Numbered from the stretch's first letter, positions 27,204 to 40,680 are shown. The stretch is 64,000 bases of DNA from Octopus sinensis (GCF_006345805.1 NC_043022.1:19468001-19532000), one strand, 5' to 3'. Made by a program: numbers and translations. The notes: generated by a model from the letters alone, not told the origin.

Positions 27204-27727
27204 TATATATATATATATTATATATATGTATACACAGATACACACATAAATAAATTAATAGATACAAGTGAGTGGGCAAACAAAAGTATGAGATACTGCC
27301 TAGTGGTTTTTTTTTTTATTTTGATAAGCCTGGTACTTATTCTATCAGTTTCTTTTTGTGAAACGAGTAAGTTATGGGGTTATAAATAAACGAACAACAG
27401 TTGTGAAGCAGTGATGAGAGAGAAATACAAAGACACACATATAGACTTACATATATACGTACATATATATACGATTAATTTCTTTCAATTTCTGTCTATA
27501 AAATCCACTGACAAGGCTTTGGTTGGTTTGAGGCTATAGCAGAAGACACATGCCAAGTTACCATACAGTGGGACTGAACCCAGGACCATGTGTTTTGGAA
27601 CCATGTTTGTTACCACACAGCCACACTTGCACCTATGTATGTGTGTGTCTATAGGTGTATATATATATGCATGCATATATGTATATATATATGTGTACAT
27701 ATTACATGTACATCTATATATATATAT

Positions 27728-28167
27728 AAGAAATATTGAATTTCTAAATCTCTCGTAGAGACATGTACGGTTATGGGGCGATAGAATGGTTGTATAATGT
27801 CAATCTAACAAGAACGTGACAGTAGGGGGTACACCACCGCTGTATAGTCCTAGGAAGCATCGAACGCCTCCTGATGGCTTTGACACATTTTTCCCTGTGT
27901 CCTTATATACACTTACGAAGGGGAGACAAACACCCCCGGCTGCCGGAACTGCATCTAGGGACACGTGTTTCAGGATCGTTGTCCTTCATCGGCCTAGAGT
28001 AGCAGACACCGGTCAGCCGGTGATATTTGCCTCGAATAGACTTCACTGAATATAGATATATACAAATACGAAGTCGAGGCATCAGAAGGCGTTCGATGCT
28101 TCCTAGGGCTATACAGCGGTGGTGTACCCCCTACTGTCACGTTCTTGTTAGATTGACAGTATACAAC

Positions 28168-28172
<5 letters not shown>
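27728..28172 (-). mobile_element. Short hammerhead-bearing Penelope-derived element (family E) with inverted partial copy
   Basis: Highly similar to 57070-57498. About 28075-28172 is the reverse complement of about 27780-27880. Confidence 0.7.
27954..27998 (-). ncRNA. Minimal type I hammerhead with CCGAUGA core (family E, copy 1)
   Basis: tctagg-CCGATGA-agga caacga tcct-GAAA-cacgtg-TC-cctaga. Perfect 6-bp stem I, palindromic stem III, GUC triplet, U4C variant. Confidence 0.68.
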
Positions 28173-28255
<83 letters not shown>

Positions 28256-28646
28256 TCTATACATATACATATACATTTATATCTATAGAAATAAATCTAT
28301 ACATATATACCTGTACATATAAATGTATACATATATATCTATATATATACATGTATGTATATATATATATATATATATTTAGCAATTAAGGACAACTACT
28401 TAATAAGGAAAACTTAACAAGAAATTGTCAGGTAGATAGCGTGAAAACCTCATAAGAGAAAAAATTTCGAAAATAATTATTTCTTATTGAACATATTAAT
28501 TTATATATAGAGGGCATTATACATACATGCCAGAAGGCATTATACATACATGCCACACGCTAAGAGGGACAATTAGTCATTTCTACCAAAAATATTACTA
28601 ATCCCACCGAATGCAATTTTTCAAAGTAAGACATTTTAAAAAATAT

Positions 28647-28694
28647 AGACCTGTATCACAGTGATTTCATACTTACGTATTCATCAGCAGGCCT
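28647..28694 (-). ncRNA. Minimal type I hammerhead (family B, inverted copy)
   Basis: Reverse complement of aggcctg-CTGATGA-atacgtaagtat-GAAA-tcactgtga-TA-caggtct. Confidence 0.85.
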
Positions 28695-29224
28695 GAATGT
28701 ATTATAAATAAACAACGACCCTGCCCCGCTTAAGCCGATCAGCTAACTGATCAACATCAACGAAGCACATGGGTGAGTTTACATATATTACATCCGGATA
28801 AATGGCAAACTTTTACGAATTGCATTTCGGGTGGGATTAGTAATATTTTTGGTAGAAATGACTAATTGTCCCTCTTAGCGTGTGGCATGTATGTATAATG
28901 CCTTCTGGCATGTATGTATAATGCCCTCTATATATAAATTAATATGTTCAATAAGAAATAATTATTTTCGAAATTTTTTCTCTTATGAGGTTTTCACGCT
29001 ATCTACCTGACAATTTCTTGTTAAGTTTTCCTTATTAAGTAGTTGTCCTTAATTGCTAAATTTTTATTCCGAAAAAACTTTTCCTCTCCCGAAATGCAAT
29101 TCGTAAAAGTTTGCCATTTATCCGGATGTAATATATGTAAACTCACCCATGTGCTTCGTTGATGTTGATCAGTTAGCTGATCGGCTTAAGCGGGGCAGGG
29201 TCGTTGTTTATTTATAATACATTC

Positions 29225-29272
29225 AGGCCTGCTGATGAATACGTAAGTATGAAATCACTGTGATACAGGTCT
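29225..29272 (+). ncRNA. Minimal type I hammerhead (family B, copy 1)
   Basis: Stem I AGGCCUG/CAGGUCU, core CUGAUGA, stem II AUAC-GUAA-GUAU, GAAA, quasi-palindromic stem III UCACUGUGA, AUA triplet. Confidence 0.87.
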
Positions 29273-29703
29273 ATATTTTTTTAAATGTCTTACTTTGAAA
29301 AATTGCATTCGGTGGGATTAGTAATATTTTTGGTAGAAATGACTAATTGTCCTCTTAGCGTGTGGCATGTATGTATAATGCCTTCTGGCATGTATGTATA
29401 ATGCCCGCTATATATAAATTAATATGTTCAATAAGAAATAATTATTTTCGAAATTTTTTCTCTTATGAGGTTTTCACGCTATCTACCTGACAATTTCTTG
29501 TTAAGTTTTCCTTATTAAGTAGTTGTCCTTAATTGCTAAATTTTTATTCCGAAAAAACTTTTCCTCTCCGAAATGCAATTCGTAAAAGTTTGCCATTTAT
29601 CCGGATGTAATATATGTAAACTCACCCATGTGCTTCGTTGATGATGATCAGTTAGCTGATCGGCTTAAGCGGGGCAGGGTCGTTGTTTATTTATAATACA
29701 TTC

Positions 29704-29751
29704 AGGCCTGCTGATGAATACGTAAGTATGAAATCACTGTGATACAGGTCT
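29704..29751 (+). ncRNA. Minimal type I hammerhead (family B, copy 2)
   Basis: Identical 48-nt motif 479 bp downstream of copy 1. Confidence 0.87.
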
Positions 29752-30184
29752 ATATTTTTTTAAATGTCTTACTTTGAAAAATTGCATTCGGTGGGATTAG
29801 TAATATTTTTGGTAGAAATGACTAATTGTCCCTCTTAGCGTGTGGCATGTATGTATAATGCCTTCTGGCATGTATGTATAATGCCCTCGAAATATAAATT
29901 AATATGTTCAATAACAAATAATTATTTTCGAAATTTTTTCTCTTATGAGGTTTTCACGCTATCTACCTGACAATTTCTTGTTAAGTTTTCCTTATTAAGT
30001 AGGTGTCCTTAATTGCTAAATTTTTATTCCGAAAAAACTTTTCCTCTCCCGAAATGCAATTCGTAAAAGTTTGCCATTTATCCGGATGTAATATATGTAA
30101 ACTCACCTATGTGCTTCGTTGATGTTGATCAGTTAGCCGATCGGCTTAAGCGGGGCAGGGTCGTTGTTTATTTATAATACATTC

Positions 30185-30232
30185 AGGCCTGCTGATGAAT
30201 ACGTAAGTATGAAATCACTGTGATACAGGTCT
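30185..30232 (+). ncRNA. Minimal type I hammerhead (family B, copy 3)
   Basis: Identical 48-nt motif 481 bp downstream of copy 2. Confidence 0.87.
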
Positions 30233-30369
30233 ATATTTTTTTAAATGTCTTACTTTGAAAAATTGCATTCGGTGGGATTAGTAATATTTTTGGTAGAAAT
30301 GACTAATTGTCCCTCTTAGCGTGTGGCATGTATGTACAATGCCTTCTGGCATGTATGTATAATGCCCTC

Positions 30370-30454
<85 letters not shown>

Positions 30455-30632
30455 TGTATGTATATATATATACATATATACACATATACATGTAAATTTA
30501 AATTTAAAATAATAAGGGTGAAAAATTGAATATTAATTTGATTAATATCAATTTAAAACCAGTGGTGTAGCCTATTGAAACGTCTGAAGTTTCAGAAAAA
30601 AATTATATTACATACATATAAGAGGGATTAGG

Positions 30633-30742
30633 TGTAAGTGGACATCCATTATGCTAGAAAAAAATCTCTATGGTCTTACCATTCCTTTGTTAGTGGTAAG
30701 ACCATAGCGGATCTTCTTCTAGCGTAATGGATGTCCACTTAC
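30633..30742. repeat. About 110-bp imperfect palindrome
   Basis: tgtaagtggacatccatta..ctatggtcttacca / tggtaagaccatag..taatggatgtccacttaca. Confidence 0.8.
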
Positions 30743-31122
30743 AGTTCATCTCACTTATATAATAGTTTCACTTTAATAGTTTCAGTATTAAAGTGAAACC
30801 GTCTGACATTACAATACAGAGATGTTTTTGTTTCATTTTTGACACGTAATACTGAAAAAGTGGAGAAAATATGATATTGCTCTGGGCTCGCCCTAGTCAA
30901 GAAGTTAACATTTTTTGCCCATGACATTACATGAACCTTAAATAAGGCATGTGTAAAATTTGAATGAAATTGGTTGTGTAGTTCTCAGGTTTCAAGGATT
31001 CACACAGACACACAGACAGACACATATTCTCAGTTTTATATATCTATATATCTATATATATATATATTACGTTGTAATTGTATATAGATAGATAGACACA
31101 AACATGTAAACGCACGCATATG

Positions 31123-31177
<55 letters not shown>

Positions 31178-32266
31178 ATAGGGAAAATTTACAAAAAGAC
31201 AAAAGACGAAGACAGGTGGTGTAGACAACAAACAGACGTATAAGTATAACTCTCGGGAAGTGAAAATGTCTTTAACGTTTCGAGCCTAAGCACTTACACA
31301 CACACACACAGACACACACACACACACACACACACACAAATATATATATATGGAAAAGGTTGGAAGATGCAACGAAAATTTCAGGAACTGATAAATAAAT
31401 GAGTGGAAATCGAACCGGTGAGTGTGTTAGATAATAAGGCACTAAAAGAGAATGACTATCACCAGACACATTAATATGCATTTTTTTTATTCATTACATT
31501 AAACAATCTTTTGTATATCGATAACTTTAAATAAACAGAAGAGTTCTTATATATCACCAATATAATTGTAATTTATAGTTTTATACACGTTCTATTACAG
31601 TTTCTCGATTAAGTGAGACCCTGATACTTAATTTAAATATATACGTACATACATACATACATATATACATACATACATACATACATATATATATTTATAT
31701 ATATATTCAAGTGAATTGAATGTTGTGTGGGTGTCGGTGTGAGAGTGTTCGCGTGTGTGTGTGTATTCATGAAAAAAAATCCATTAATATGAGGTAACTC
31801 CATAATAGGATGTCATTCGTAGAAACATAGATATATAGATTTGAGAATCAAAGGAAATCAATTTATTCATACTCCATAAACTATAAAACTGATATGAGCG
31901 ATAGCTTATACAATTTCTGTTGTCATTGTTATTTATTAATTTGCTTGACCTCAATATCCTATTCTGGTGAATAACTTTAACAATAATGCAATTCTCAGAA
32001 TTCGAAGTGTAAGGTATACGACACGTTAAAGTGACCCCTTTTGTGTTTTATTTGTTAGAAAATCTGAGTCATCGGCTTGTTCGTACCATACATATATGTA
32101 CTTTCATACAGGGGTTGCTGTGTCGTACGTATCTTCCTTACTAACCACATGGTTTCAGGTTCAGCCATACTGCGTTACACCTTGGGCAAGTGTCTTCTAA
32201 AATAGCCTCGGGCCGACCAAAGCCTTTTGAGTGGATTTGGCAGTCGGAAACTGAAGGAAACCCGTC

Positions 32267-32333
<67 letters not shown>

Positions 32334-32334
<1 letters not shown>

Positions 32335-33809
32335 GGGAAAGTGAAAAAAACGAAACTCGTCAATAAGACATTTTAGCAAAAAATGATGGATTTGTATAGC
32401 GATAGACAGAACGCTATTAATATTGTTTAAAAAAACGTTATATGATATAACGTCATAAGTAGGTAACAGAAAGAGTAGGGATATTAATAGTGAATGTTAA
32501 ATATAAAGGAAATTAAAGTTTAAATTATATATAATGATAGAGACTACTTATAAGCGAATGAAGGCAGATAACCCTTATTTAATCCCCTATTATAGATCTA
32601 AAAGTAAATATAACACCTTCAAAAGTAATTACGCTATGAATACTAGTAAAAATATTTGGTTAATAATCCCTTACGGGAGACAAATTAAATCTAATCTCCC
32701 ACTGCTGTTTCGTCAAGCTATTGCTAGGAATTTTCCAAACAATTCTAGATATTACTCTATAATTAATTCACATAAGGTTAGGATAGGTTTTTCAAACACA
32801 AAATATCTCTTGCAAATTATATCTTCTCATAATAACAAACTGTTAAATATTAATACATTTACTAATACTAACATTAATTTAGCTAATACCATCCAACCCT
32901 CTAGAAATATTAATAACAAGGTTATTGTATCTGAAGTCAATTCCAATAGAATTAAGTTTATGTCAAGTAACTCTAAGGTTAAAAATTCTATATACCAGTG
33001 TATAATCAGTACTCGTAATAAAGTACGATTTTACATTGGAAGCATATCGTTAGAGTTATCTAAAAGAATTTCTATCCATTACTCAACATTTAGGGATAGA
33101 AATAAACGGAATAGTACCGGTCTCAGCAAACTGATTTGGGATTTAAAAGATCACAATGAACAATTTCATTTAGAATGGTTGATACTCTCAATTTCGATAC
33201 CATATGACAAAGGCGAGAAATTCTGTCTTCTCTGCAATTCTGAGCTTCTAAAAATACTCTAGTAAACACGGTTATAGAGCGAGCATACAGATGTAAGCAT
33301 TGGCAAAAACATACATTTAGTGCATATAAGTAGTCTCTATCATTATATATAATTTAAACTTTAATTTCCATTATATTTAACATTCACTATTAATATCCCT
33401 ACTCTTTCTGTTAGCTACTTATGACGTTATATCATAAAACGTTTTTGTAAACAATATTAATAGCGTTCTGTCTATCGCTATACAAATCCATAATTTTTTT
33501 GCTAAAATGGCTTATTGACGAGTTTCGTTTTTTTCACTTTCCCGAAGAGAAGATTGCATTGTTTATACCATTTATTCTTTTGAATAGTATCAGTGGAATT
33601 TTCGAAACATGTGTCGAAAGTAAAAATATTTGTTTACACCTGCGTTAACTCCATTTTTTATTCATATTATTCAAATATTCAACGTAAACACGAAGTTTCT
33701 ACCTTTATAAACAAGGAGTTACAACACCTTTACTTGTGAGATTTTTGCTGCCCTGGTAACTATTTATTTATTTTTCCGTGTTAATTGTTAACAAGGTAAA
33801 AATACACTC

Positions 33810-33810
<1 letters not shown>
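32334..33810 (+). mobile_element. Penelope-like element remnant: GIY-YIG endonuclease ORF plus pseudo-LTR, with inverted partial copy
   Basis: ORF 32534-33262 has IYQC..FYIG..KRI..H..F..STGLSKLIWDLK..W.IL..CLLC..E, the PLE GIY-YIG pattern. 32334-32533 is the reverse complement of about 33345-33544. Confidence 0.85.
33536..33621 (+). ncRNA. Type I hammerhead with CCGAAGA core (family F)
   Basis: actttc-CCGAAGA-gaagatt...aattttc-GAAA-catgtg-TC-gaaagt. Perfect 6-bp stem I; GUC triplet. Confidence 0.7.
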
Positions 33811-33881
<71 letters not shown>

Positions 33882-34004
33882 TATAACTCGCTCTGAGATT
33901 TATCATTGTTTGATTACACTTTTTCAATATCAGTGTCAATCGATACTGGAAGAAGTATATGTATTTGTGAAGGGAACCTACTTCTCATCGACAACTATGA
34001 TTGT

Positions 34005-34049
34005 CACACGCCGATGACGGGTCAATACCCTGAAACTTGAGTCCTTGTG
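34005..34049 (+). ncRNA. Degenerate minimal hammerhead (family G)
   Basis: cacacg-CCGATGA-cggg tcaata ccct-GAAA-cttgag-TC-cttgtg. One mismatch each in stems I and II. Confidence 0.5.
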
Positions 34050-34256
34050 TATCATAAGTTGAAGACGGGAAGGATGGCTTCCCTTTGCAAATACTGATAG
34101 GGCACAGAAAGTGTGTCTATAGCCAGCTGGAGGAGGTGTCCTCCTGGGGCTACAAACTACAGTAGCATCCACCCTTAGGGGTTAGCCATATTAAAATGGC
34201 AAATATACGTCACGATGTGTTGCTGCTACTGTTTATAACTCGCTCTGAGATTTATC

Positions 34257-34294
<38 letters not shown>

Positions 34295-35680
34295 GTTGTT
34301 GTTAAAACAGCAAAAGATTGTCTTTGACGCAAAGTTGTTTGAACTAATATTATTTGAGATATATAGAAATATGTTTCGACAGTTGTAGATTCTACTTAAT
34401 TAATTTGCTCGTTATAATTTTGTTGCATTTGAATTGTAATTTGCTATGTAGTTGAAACATTAACGCTCACGCTCACAATACATAGGCATTTGAATTTTTT
34501 TTTTTCAATCTAGCCGCCCTTTCACATGAAATTTCGTCTATCTTTAAACCTTTAGCTCCGATGAGGCTTATATATGAATTGAATTGTTTGTATATAAAAA
34601 AAATGTATATTGGTCGAAACAAATTATTTTTTGTTTTTTATGATTTTAATGTCATGTTATTTTATATTCATAGTATATTATTTTATATTATAATGTAAAT
34701 ACATGGTTAGATTACCAGTTGTACCTCTCTAGTTAATTTATTGATTGTAAAATACTTAATACACATATCTATGTGGAATTCAACTGACGTACAAGTGAAT
34801 TGAATGTTGTGTGGGTGTCGGTGTGAGTGGGTTCGCCTTGTGTGTGTATTCATGAAAATAGAACCATTAGTATGAGGTAACTCCATAATAGGATGTCATT
34901 CGTATAAACATAGATATATAGATTTGAGAATCAAAGAAAATCTATTTATTCATGCTCCATAAATTATAAACATGATATGACCGATAGCTTATACAATTGC
35001 AGTTTTGGGGTGTGTTTTTTTTGCTAACGTCATTGTTAATTATTAATTTGCTTGACCACAATATCCTATTCTGGTGAATAATTTTAACAATAATGCAATT
35101 CTCAGAATTCGAAGTGTAAGGTATACGACGGGTTAAAGTGACCTCTTTTGTGTTTTATTTGTTAGAAAATCTTGAGTCATCGGCTTATTCGTACCATACA
35201 TATATGTACTTTCATACAGGGGTTGCTGTGTTGTACGTATCTTCCTTACTAACCACATGGTTTCAGGTTCAGCCCCACTGCGTTACACCTTGGGAAAGTG
35301 TCTTCTAAAAAATGCCTGTGAGCTTACATCGCTGCAACTTAGCAGTTCGGCGAAACAGACCGATAGGATAAGTACTAGGCTTACAAGAATAAGTTCTAGG
35401 GTCGATTTATCCGACGAAAGGCGGTGCTCCAGTAAGGCCACAGTCAAGTGACTGAAACAGGAAAGAGAATAAAAGAATATGTATATGAAATAAAACTTTT
35501 CTGGAAAAGTGAATCTCGTAGAAAGTTTTTCAATCCAATATTTAAATAGCATTATTTATAGCTCTACGTTATTCGAGATCCACTTCTTCAAAAACATAAT
35601 TCTTCCGCACCCACATAGATTGTATATCTGATTTGGACCACCAAGAGCTGCAGTTAAATTCTGATCTTTATTTATCTAAC

Positions 35681-35749
<69 letters not shown>

Positions 35750-36302
35750 TCTTTATTAGCCACGCAAGGCCGAACACAGATGGGACAATACAATGTAGAA
35801 CTTTTCTTTTCTAAAGAAGGAAAGAAAAGAAGAAAGAAAGAAAGGAAGGAAGAATAAACGAATGAATGAATGGAAGAAAAGGAGAAAGAAAGAAAGGAAG
35901 GAAGGAATGAAGAAGGACAGAAAAGACGGAAACAAAAATGAAAGAAAGAAAAGAAGAAAGAAAGAAAGAAAGAAAAGAAGAAAGAAAGAAAAGAAGAAAG
36001 AAAGAAAGGAAGGAAGAATAAACGAATGAATGAATGGAAGAAAAGGAGAAAGAAAGAAAGGAAGGAAGGAATGAAGAAGGACAGAAAGACGGAAACAAAA
36101 ATGAAAGAAAGAAAGAAAGAAAGAAAGCAAAAAGAAAGAAAAAAGAAAGAAAATCAATCAAAAGGGATCGAAAGCGTTTTGAACGTGTAAAAAGCAAAAT
36201 AAGGCGGGATAAAAATGTAAGACAGATTAGGTTTATCCGTGGAAAGAAAAGCCTTCGGTAACCTCAAACAGGGAAAGTAACACATGAGAACATAGCTCTC
36301 TC

Positions 36303-36346
<44 letters not shown>

Positions 36347-38538
36347 TTTAGGATTTATAGGATCATGATTAAAGTGGTTTCGTCATTCCCGCGTACCATC
36401 TTTGCTACATTCACCCACCTTTTTTGAGACAAAAGTTCCCTCTCTATTCTCATCTTCCTTTTCAAGTGGTACTTGAAAAAGTTGATGAGCGATAGGCCAG
36501 AGAGGAAAGTGTTTGACTCTAAACCTTTTGCACGTGAGCCTGGCGAGGCTTTAAAAGGGCGCATTTATTATTTATTTTCTGGGAGTTCTAGAACGATCGA
36601 CAGTTAGTTCTCTCTTCTTTCTCCAACCCCTGGTACTTATTCGCCTTCTTTCATAGTTTTTCATGTCTTTTAGTTCGGAGGAAAAAAAAAACATAGTCTT
36701 TTTTAATATTTTTTCAGGCACGTTTAACGTTTCCTCTACAAACTACAAACAAGCTCCCCCGCTACCTTCCTTTTTTTTTCTTTCTCATACAAAAACTAAT
36801 GTTTAATACACTTGCTTTCTCTGTCTCTCCCTGTCCGATGTATGTATGTATGTATGTATGTATATATCTACCCACCTATTTATCTATCTTTACAAACACA
36901 CGAACACACACGCATGTAAACACACAAATACACACAAATACACAAAGATGCGCGCGCGCACACGCACACACATGTTGCAGGAGAATGCTATCGTTTATTT
37001 TTCCTTTGCAATGCTTAACTGTATTTATGTATAAATGTGCTACTGTGCGTTCCTATGTTGTCTGCTTAGCCACATACGAGAAAATATCCGAAATCCCTTT
37101 ACAGGACCTTAAAGACTTGTGACAAGTATGGAAGACGATATCCTCAAATCACGAACTCGTTAAAGCCCGTAGGACCGACCGGCCGTCCAAATCAGGCAAT
37201 TTAACTGAGTGCTTGCTACAAATTGAACATTTTCGCACGATGACAAGATTAGTATACAGGTAGAGTGAAAATGGAGAGTGGGAGGAATGGTTAGCACACT
37301 GGGAAAAATGCTTCGCAGCATTTCGTCTGTTTTTACATTCTATGTTCAAATCCATTCGAGGTCGACTACTTTTTGGGGTTGATGAAATAAGAAGCAGTTG
37401 AGCACTGGGTTTAAAGTAATCGAAAAGAGTAGAGTAAAGGGCGATACAATACAATAAAAACGATGTTACATAAAATTGTGTAAACAATAAAATATCAAAT
37501 ACAGAGAAACAAAATATTTAAATTTTTTATAATTCCTCAAACGCAAGTAGAACTCGGAGAGCTACATGTGGAAATACCATAAAACTGTAATCATTCTAAC
37601 CAATGGGGCAACCCCACCTCCCTATCTACCTTTTTCAGTTACAGGCATCCTCAAAGCAAGCTTGTTTAATGGACCATCAGTACAAACTCCTTAGCCAACA
37701 CCAATTCCAACTTTTTGAGAGCAGCCTTTAGCAGAGTTTGGGCCGAAGATTGGCCCACCTCATTTACGTCCTTTCTCGGCAGTTCAACCGCTCTTCATCT
37801 CACCAAACTGAGGTGTTTTCGTTTTTGCTGTCAGTTGGTCTGGACATCTATCAAGAGGTCGGCGACAAAATTTGGTGTATAAAATTAAAGCCCGTAGGAC
37901 CAAACGTCCAAATCAGGCAATTTAACCCCCCATCTGCGTACTTCCAGCCATTGCTTCCCATATTTTATCAGCTATTATTACCTTCCCCCTCCATGAAGTG
38001 CGGCAGGTTGCCGAAGGGAACAGTGTAATCTATTCTGTAATCCGGTCCGTTATGTGTCCCCAAAATCGAGCTGAAAAACCGTACACATCTACTTGAGATC
38101 GTATAACATGTATTTGACATGAAGTACCAAAAATCGAATTGTGTCTTTGTGGCCACGTTGCGTCTCCGTTACTCGACCCCATTGAACAGCTTCCTTTCAT
38201 TTGTGCCCCAGAGCACATCCCTTAGCCGTGACGATGCAGCCTCCGTGCTTCACGTTAAAGAATTGGTCAAGGGCATCTCATTAGAAGCACACCATTTCTC
38301 AGTTTCTTATCAGATTCACTCTGCTCTATTTTTTCTATATATTGTTACACGTCACCAATTGTTGTAGTATCGTCGCTATTGATATATGATAGTTGTTTAC
38401 ACGATAACCGCGTAGTAACAATAAAATATATAACGAAGCTGGGTAACAACAACGTAACGATCCAAGAAACTCTCCATGAACTATACACGAAACAACAACC
38501 GATACCTTACGACTTGATTAACCAAACGATACCTTTTA

Positions 38539-38812
38539 ATGGAAGCACTCCGTCGGTTACGACGATGAGGGTTCCGGTTGATCCGATCAACGGAACAAGA
38601 GTGACAAGGCCGGCCCTTTGAAATACAGGTACAACAGAAACAGGAGGAAAAGAGTGAGAGAAAGTTGTGGTGAAAGAGTACAGCAGGGATCGCCTCGTGG
38701 AGCTTTTAGGTGTTTTCGCTCAATAAACACTCACAACGCCCGGTCTGGGAATCGAAACCGCGATCCTATAACCGCGAGTCCGCTGCCCTAACCACTGGGC
38801 CATTGCGCCTCC
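38539..38812 (-). mobile_element. tRNA-derived SINE (family 2)
   Basis: 5' ggaggcgcaatggcccagtggttaggg (A box) and ggtttcgattccc (B box); related copy at about 50390-50682. Confidence 0.78.
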
Positions 38813-38989
38813 ATAAACGATAGCTTACGACTTGATTAACGCCCACTCTCTGTCTCTCACTCAGACCGCTGCTATTTATAGTCATTCAGTCAAGTCTATT
38901 CTCGCAGGGAGTGTCGTGACTCTCGCCACAACATCTCTCGTTATGAGATTTCGACTTTCATAGGAAACGAAATTTATTTTACTATTTTT

Positions 38990-39020
<31 letters not shown>

Positions 39021-39098
39021 ATCTCTCTCTCTCTTTCTTTCCTTCTTTCTTTCTTCCTTCCTTTCTTTTTTTTTACAATAATAATAATAATAATAATG

Positions 39099-39156
<58 letters not shown>

Positions 39157-39379
39157 AATTATTGTATACAGTGTTCAGGTGCCCCACAACTTGTCAGAAA
39201 GTGCATATAAAGCATATGCAGTAATGTAAAAATGTCTGGAAAGCGAACAATGTATGAGTCAGATACATGCTTGTGTGTGTATGGAGGGGAGAAAATCAGG
39301 TGTAGTGTTGGCGAATCTCAGAAAGCATGGAAGTTTTGAAGGATGCAGTGCTCTCCCTTCTTTGAAATTTTGCTTCCCT

Positions 39380-40680
39380 AAGTTCAGTGCCTTTTCGCTT
39401 GGGAATTATTTATGAATGTTGAGTCTGTTTACGCTTTCTGTTTCTGCTCCTTTTAGGCCCAATTTATTTTGATGCTGGCACATTGGACATATGATAAAAC
39501 ACTTCCACTGGAATTTCCTTCACTTCTTCTGCATGTCTGATTTTTAATTGATTTAGGTGTCGTTTACCTTTTATTAAATACACCATGTTTCCATTCTTTT
39601 AGTCTTGCCATCCTGCCAACTTTCTTTACCATTCTTGTATACTTTGAAAGGGGCTTACACTATGAAATTCCTGTAATATCTGTTTCTGTAGTGCGGGTGG
39701 TACTACCACTTTTCGTGCGTAAATTAATACATTGTCGAAGAATGAAAAATGGTTCGCATTCGTGTTTCCCTTTTGTTTAGTTTTCAAGGTTTCTTTCATT
39801 TTTAAGACGTATTTGCCCTCTGCTGTTTTACTTTTCATATCTTGTACAGTCACTGGCAACTCCTGAATGACATTACGCATAACGTTTTTAACTTCCTATT
39901 CTGATTTAATGCGGCTATCACCATATCTTCTAGCGGTTCCGCATTCTCCGGAATTCGCCCAGATAAACAATCCGCATGGCTAATTTTCTTAGAAGGAATG
40001 TATTCCATCTTAAAGTTGTAATTTAACAATATTGTACCCCTACATATTAATCTGTTAGCTGTATGAGTAGCAATTCCTGTCTTCGATCCGAAAATTGATA
40101 GTAAGGATCGGTGGTCTGTCTAGAGCCGAAAACGTCTACCGTGGAGAAGTCTACGAAATTTCTTCACGGCAAAAATGATCGCTAGAGTTTTATTCTCTTT
40201 CTGACTGTAGATTTTTTTCTGCTGCAATCAGAGCACGTGAGGCAAGAACTACCACCTTCATATTACCGACTTTATACTTGCGTAAAAAAACTGCTCCTAC
40301 ACCGTATTCAGAAGCGGCAGAAGCTACAACAAACGCCGCTGCAGGATCGAAATGAGCCAGCAACAAAATATCCTGAAACGCCTTTTGACACTTATTTGAC
40401 CAATTCCATTTGACGTCTTTCTTTAGAAAATTATAAAGTGGAGCTCACAATTCATACATGTTTGGTATGTAATTTGGTAGGCCAAGAAAAGCTTGTAATG
40501 TCCCGATGTTAGTTGGAGGAAGCTTATTTTTTAATTGCGTCTGCCTTCGACGGGTCAGGTCGTCCTCCATTTTTATCTATAATTTGTCCTGAATTGCAAA
40601 TTGACAGTCCACCAACATCGCATCCAGAACCTGCTGAAATATTGCAGGTGCAACTTTCAGACCAAATGGCAACCACCGAA
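39380..40680 (-). mobile_element. Ty3/gypsy LTR retrotransposon pol remnant
   Basis: PFGLKVAPAIFQQVLDAML (RT), ASEYGVGAV and LAIIFAVKKF..TDHRSL (RNase H), VVVPPALQKQILQEFH (pre-integrase). Confidence 0.85.

Larger units (their letters stand above)
28376..30380. mobile_element. Penelope-type pseudo-LTR / retrozyme array (about 480-bp unit; 1 inverted copy plus about 3.2 direct copies)
   Basis: Nearly identical tandem units at 28831-30380, preceded by an inverted copy at 28376-28830. Junction at shared aattgcatt(t)cgg microhomology; (TA)n flanks. Confidence 0.82.

Noticed and set aside
28831-30380. Possible CRISPR array or ordinary satellite
   Set aside because: Eukaryotic context, 480-bp units without unique spacers; better explained as a ribozyme-bearing retroelement array.
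34557-34626. CCGATGA...GAAAC motif
   Set aside because: Stems I and III cannot be formed.
37890-37970. Minus-strand KYGKQWLEVRRWG resembling a P450 C-helix
   Set aside because: Bounded by stops, with no splice sites or other CYP motifs nearby.
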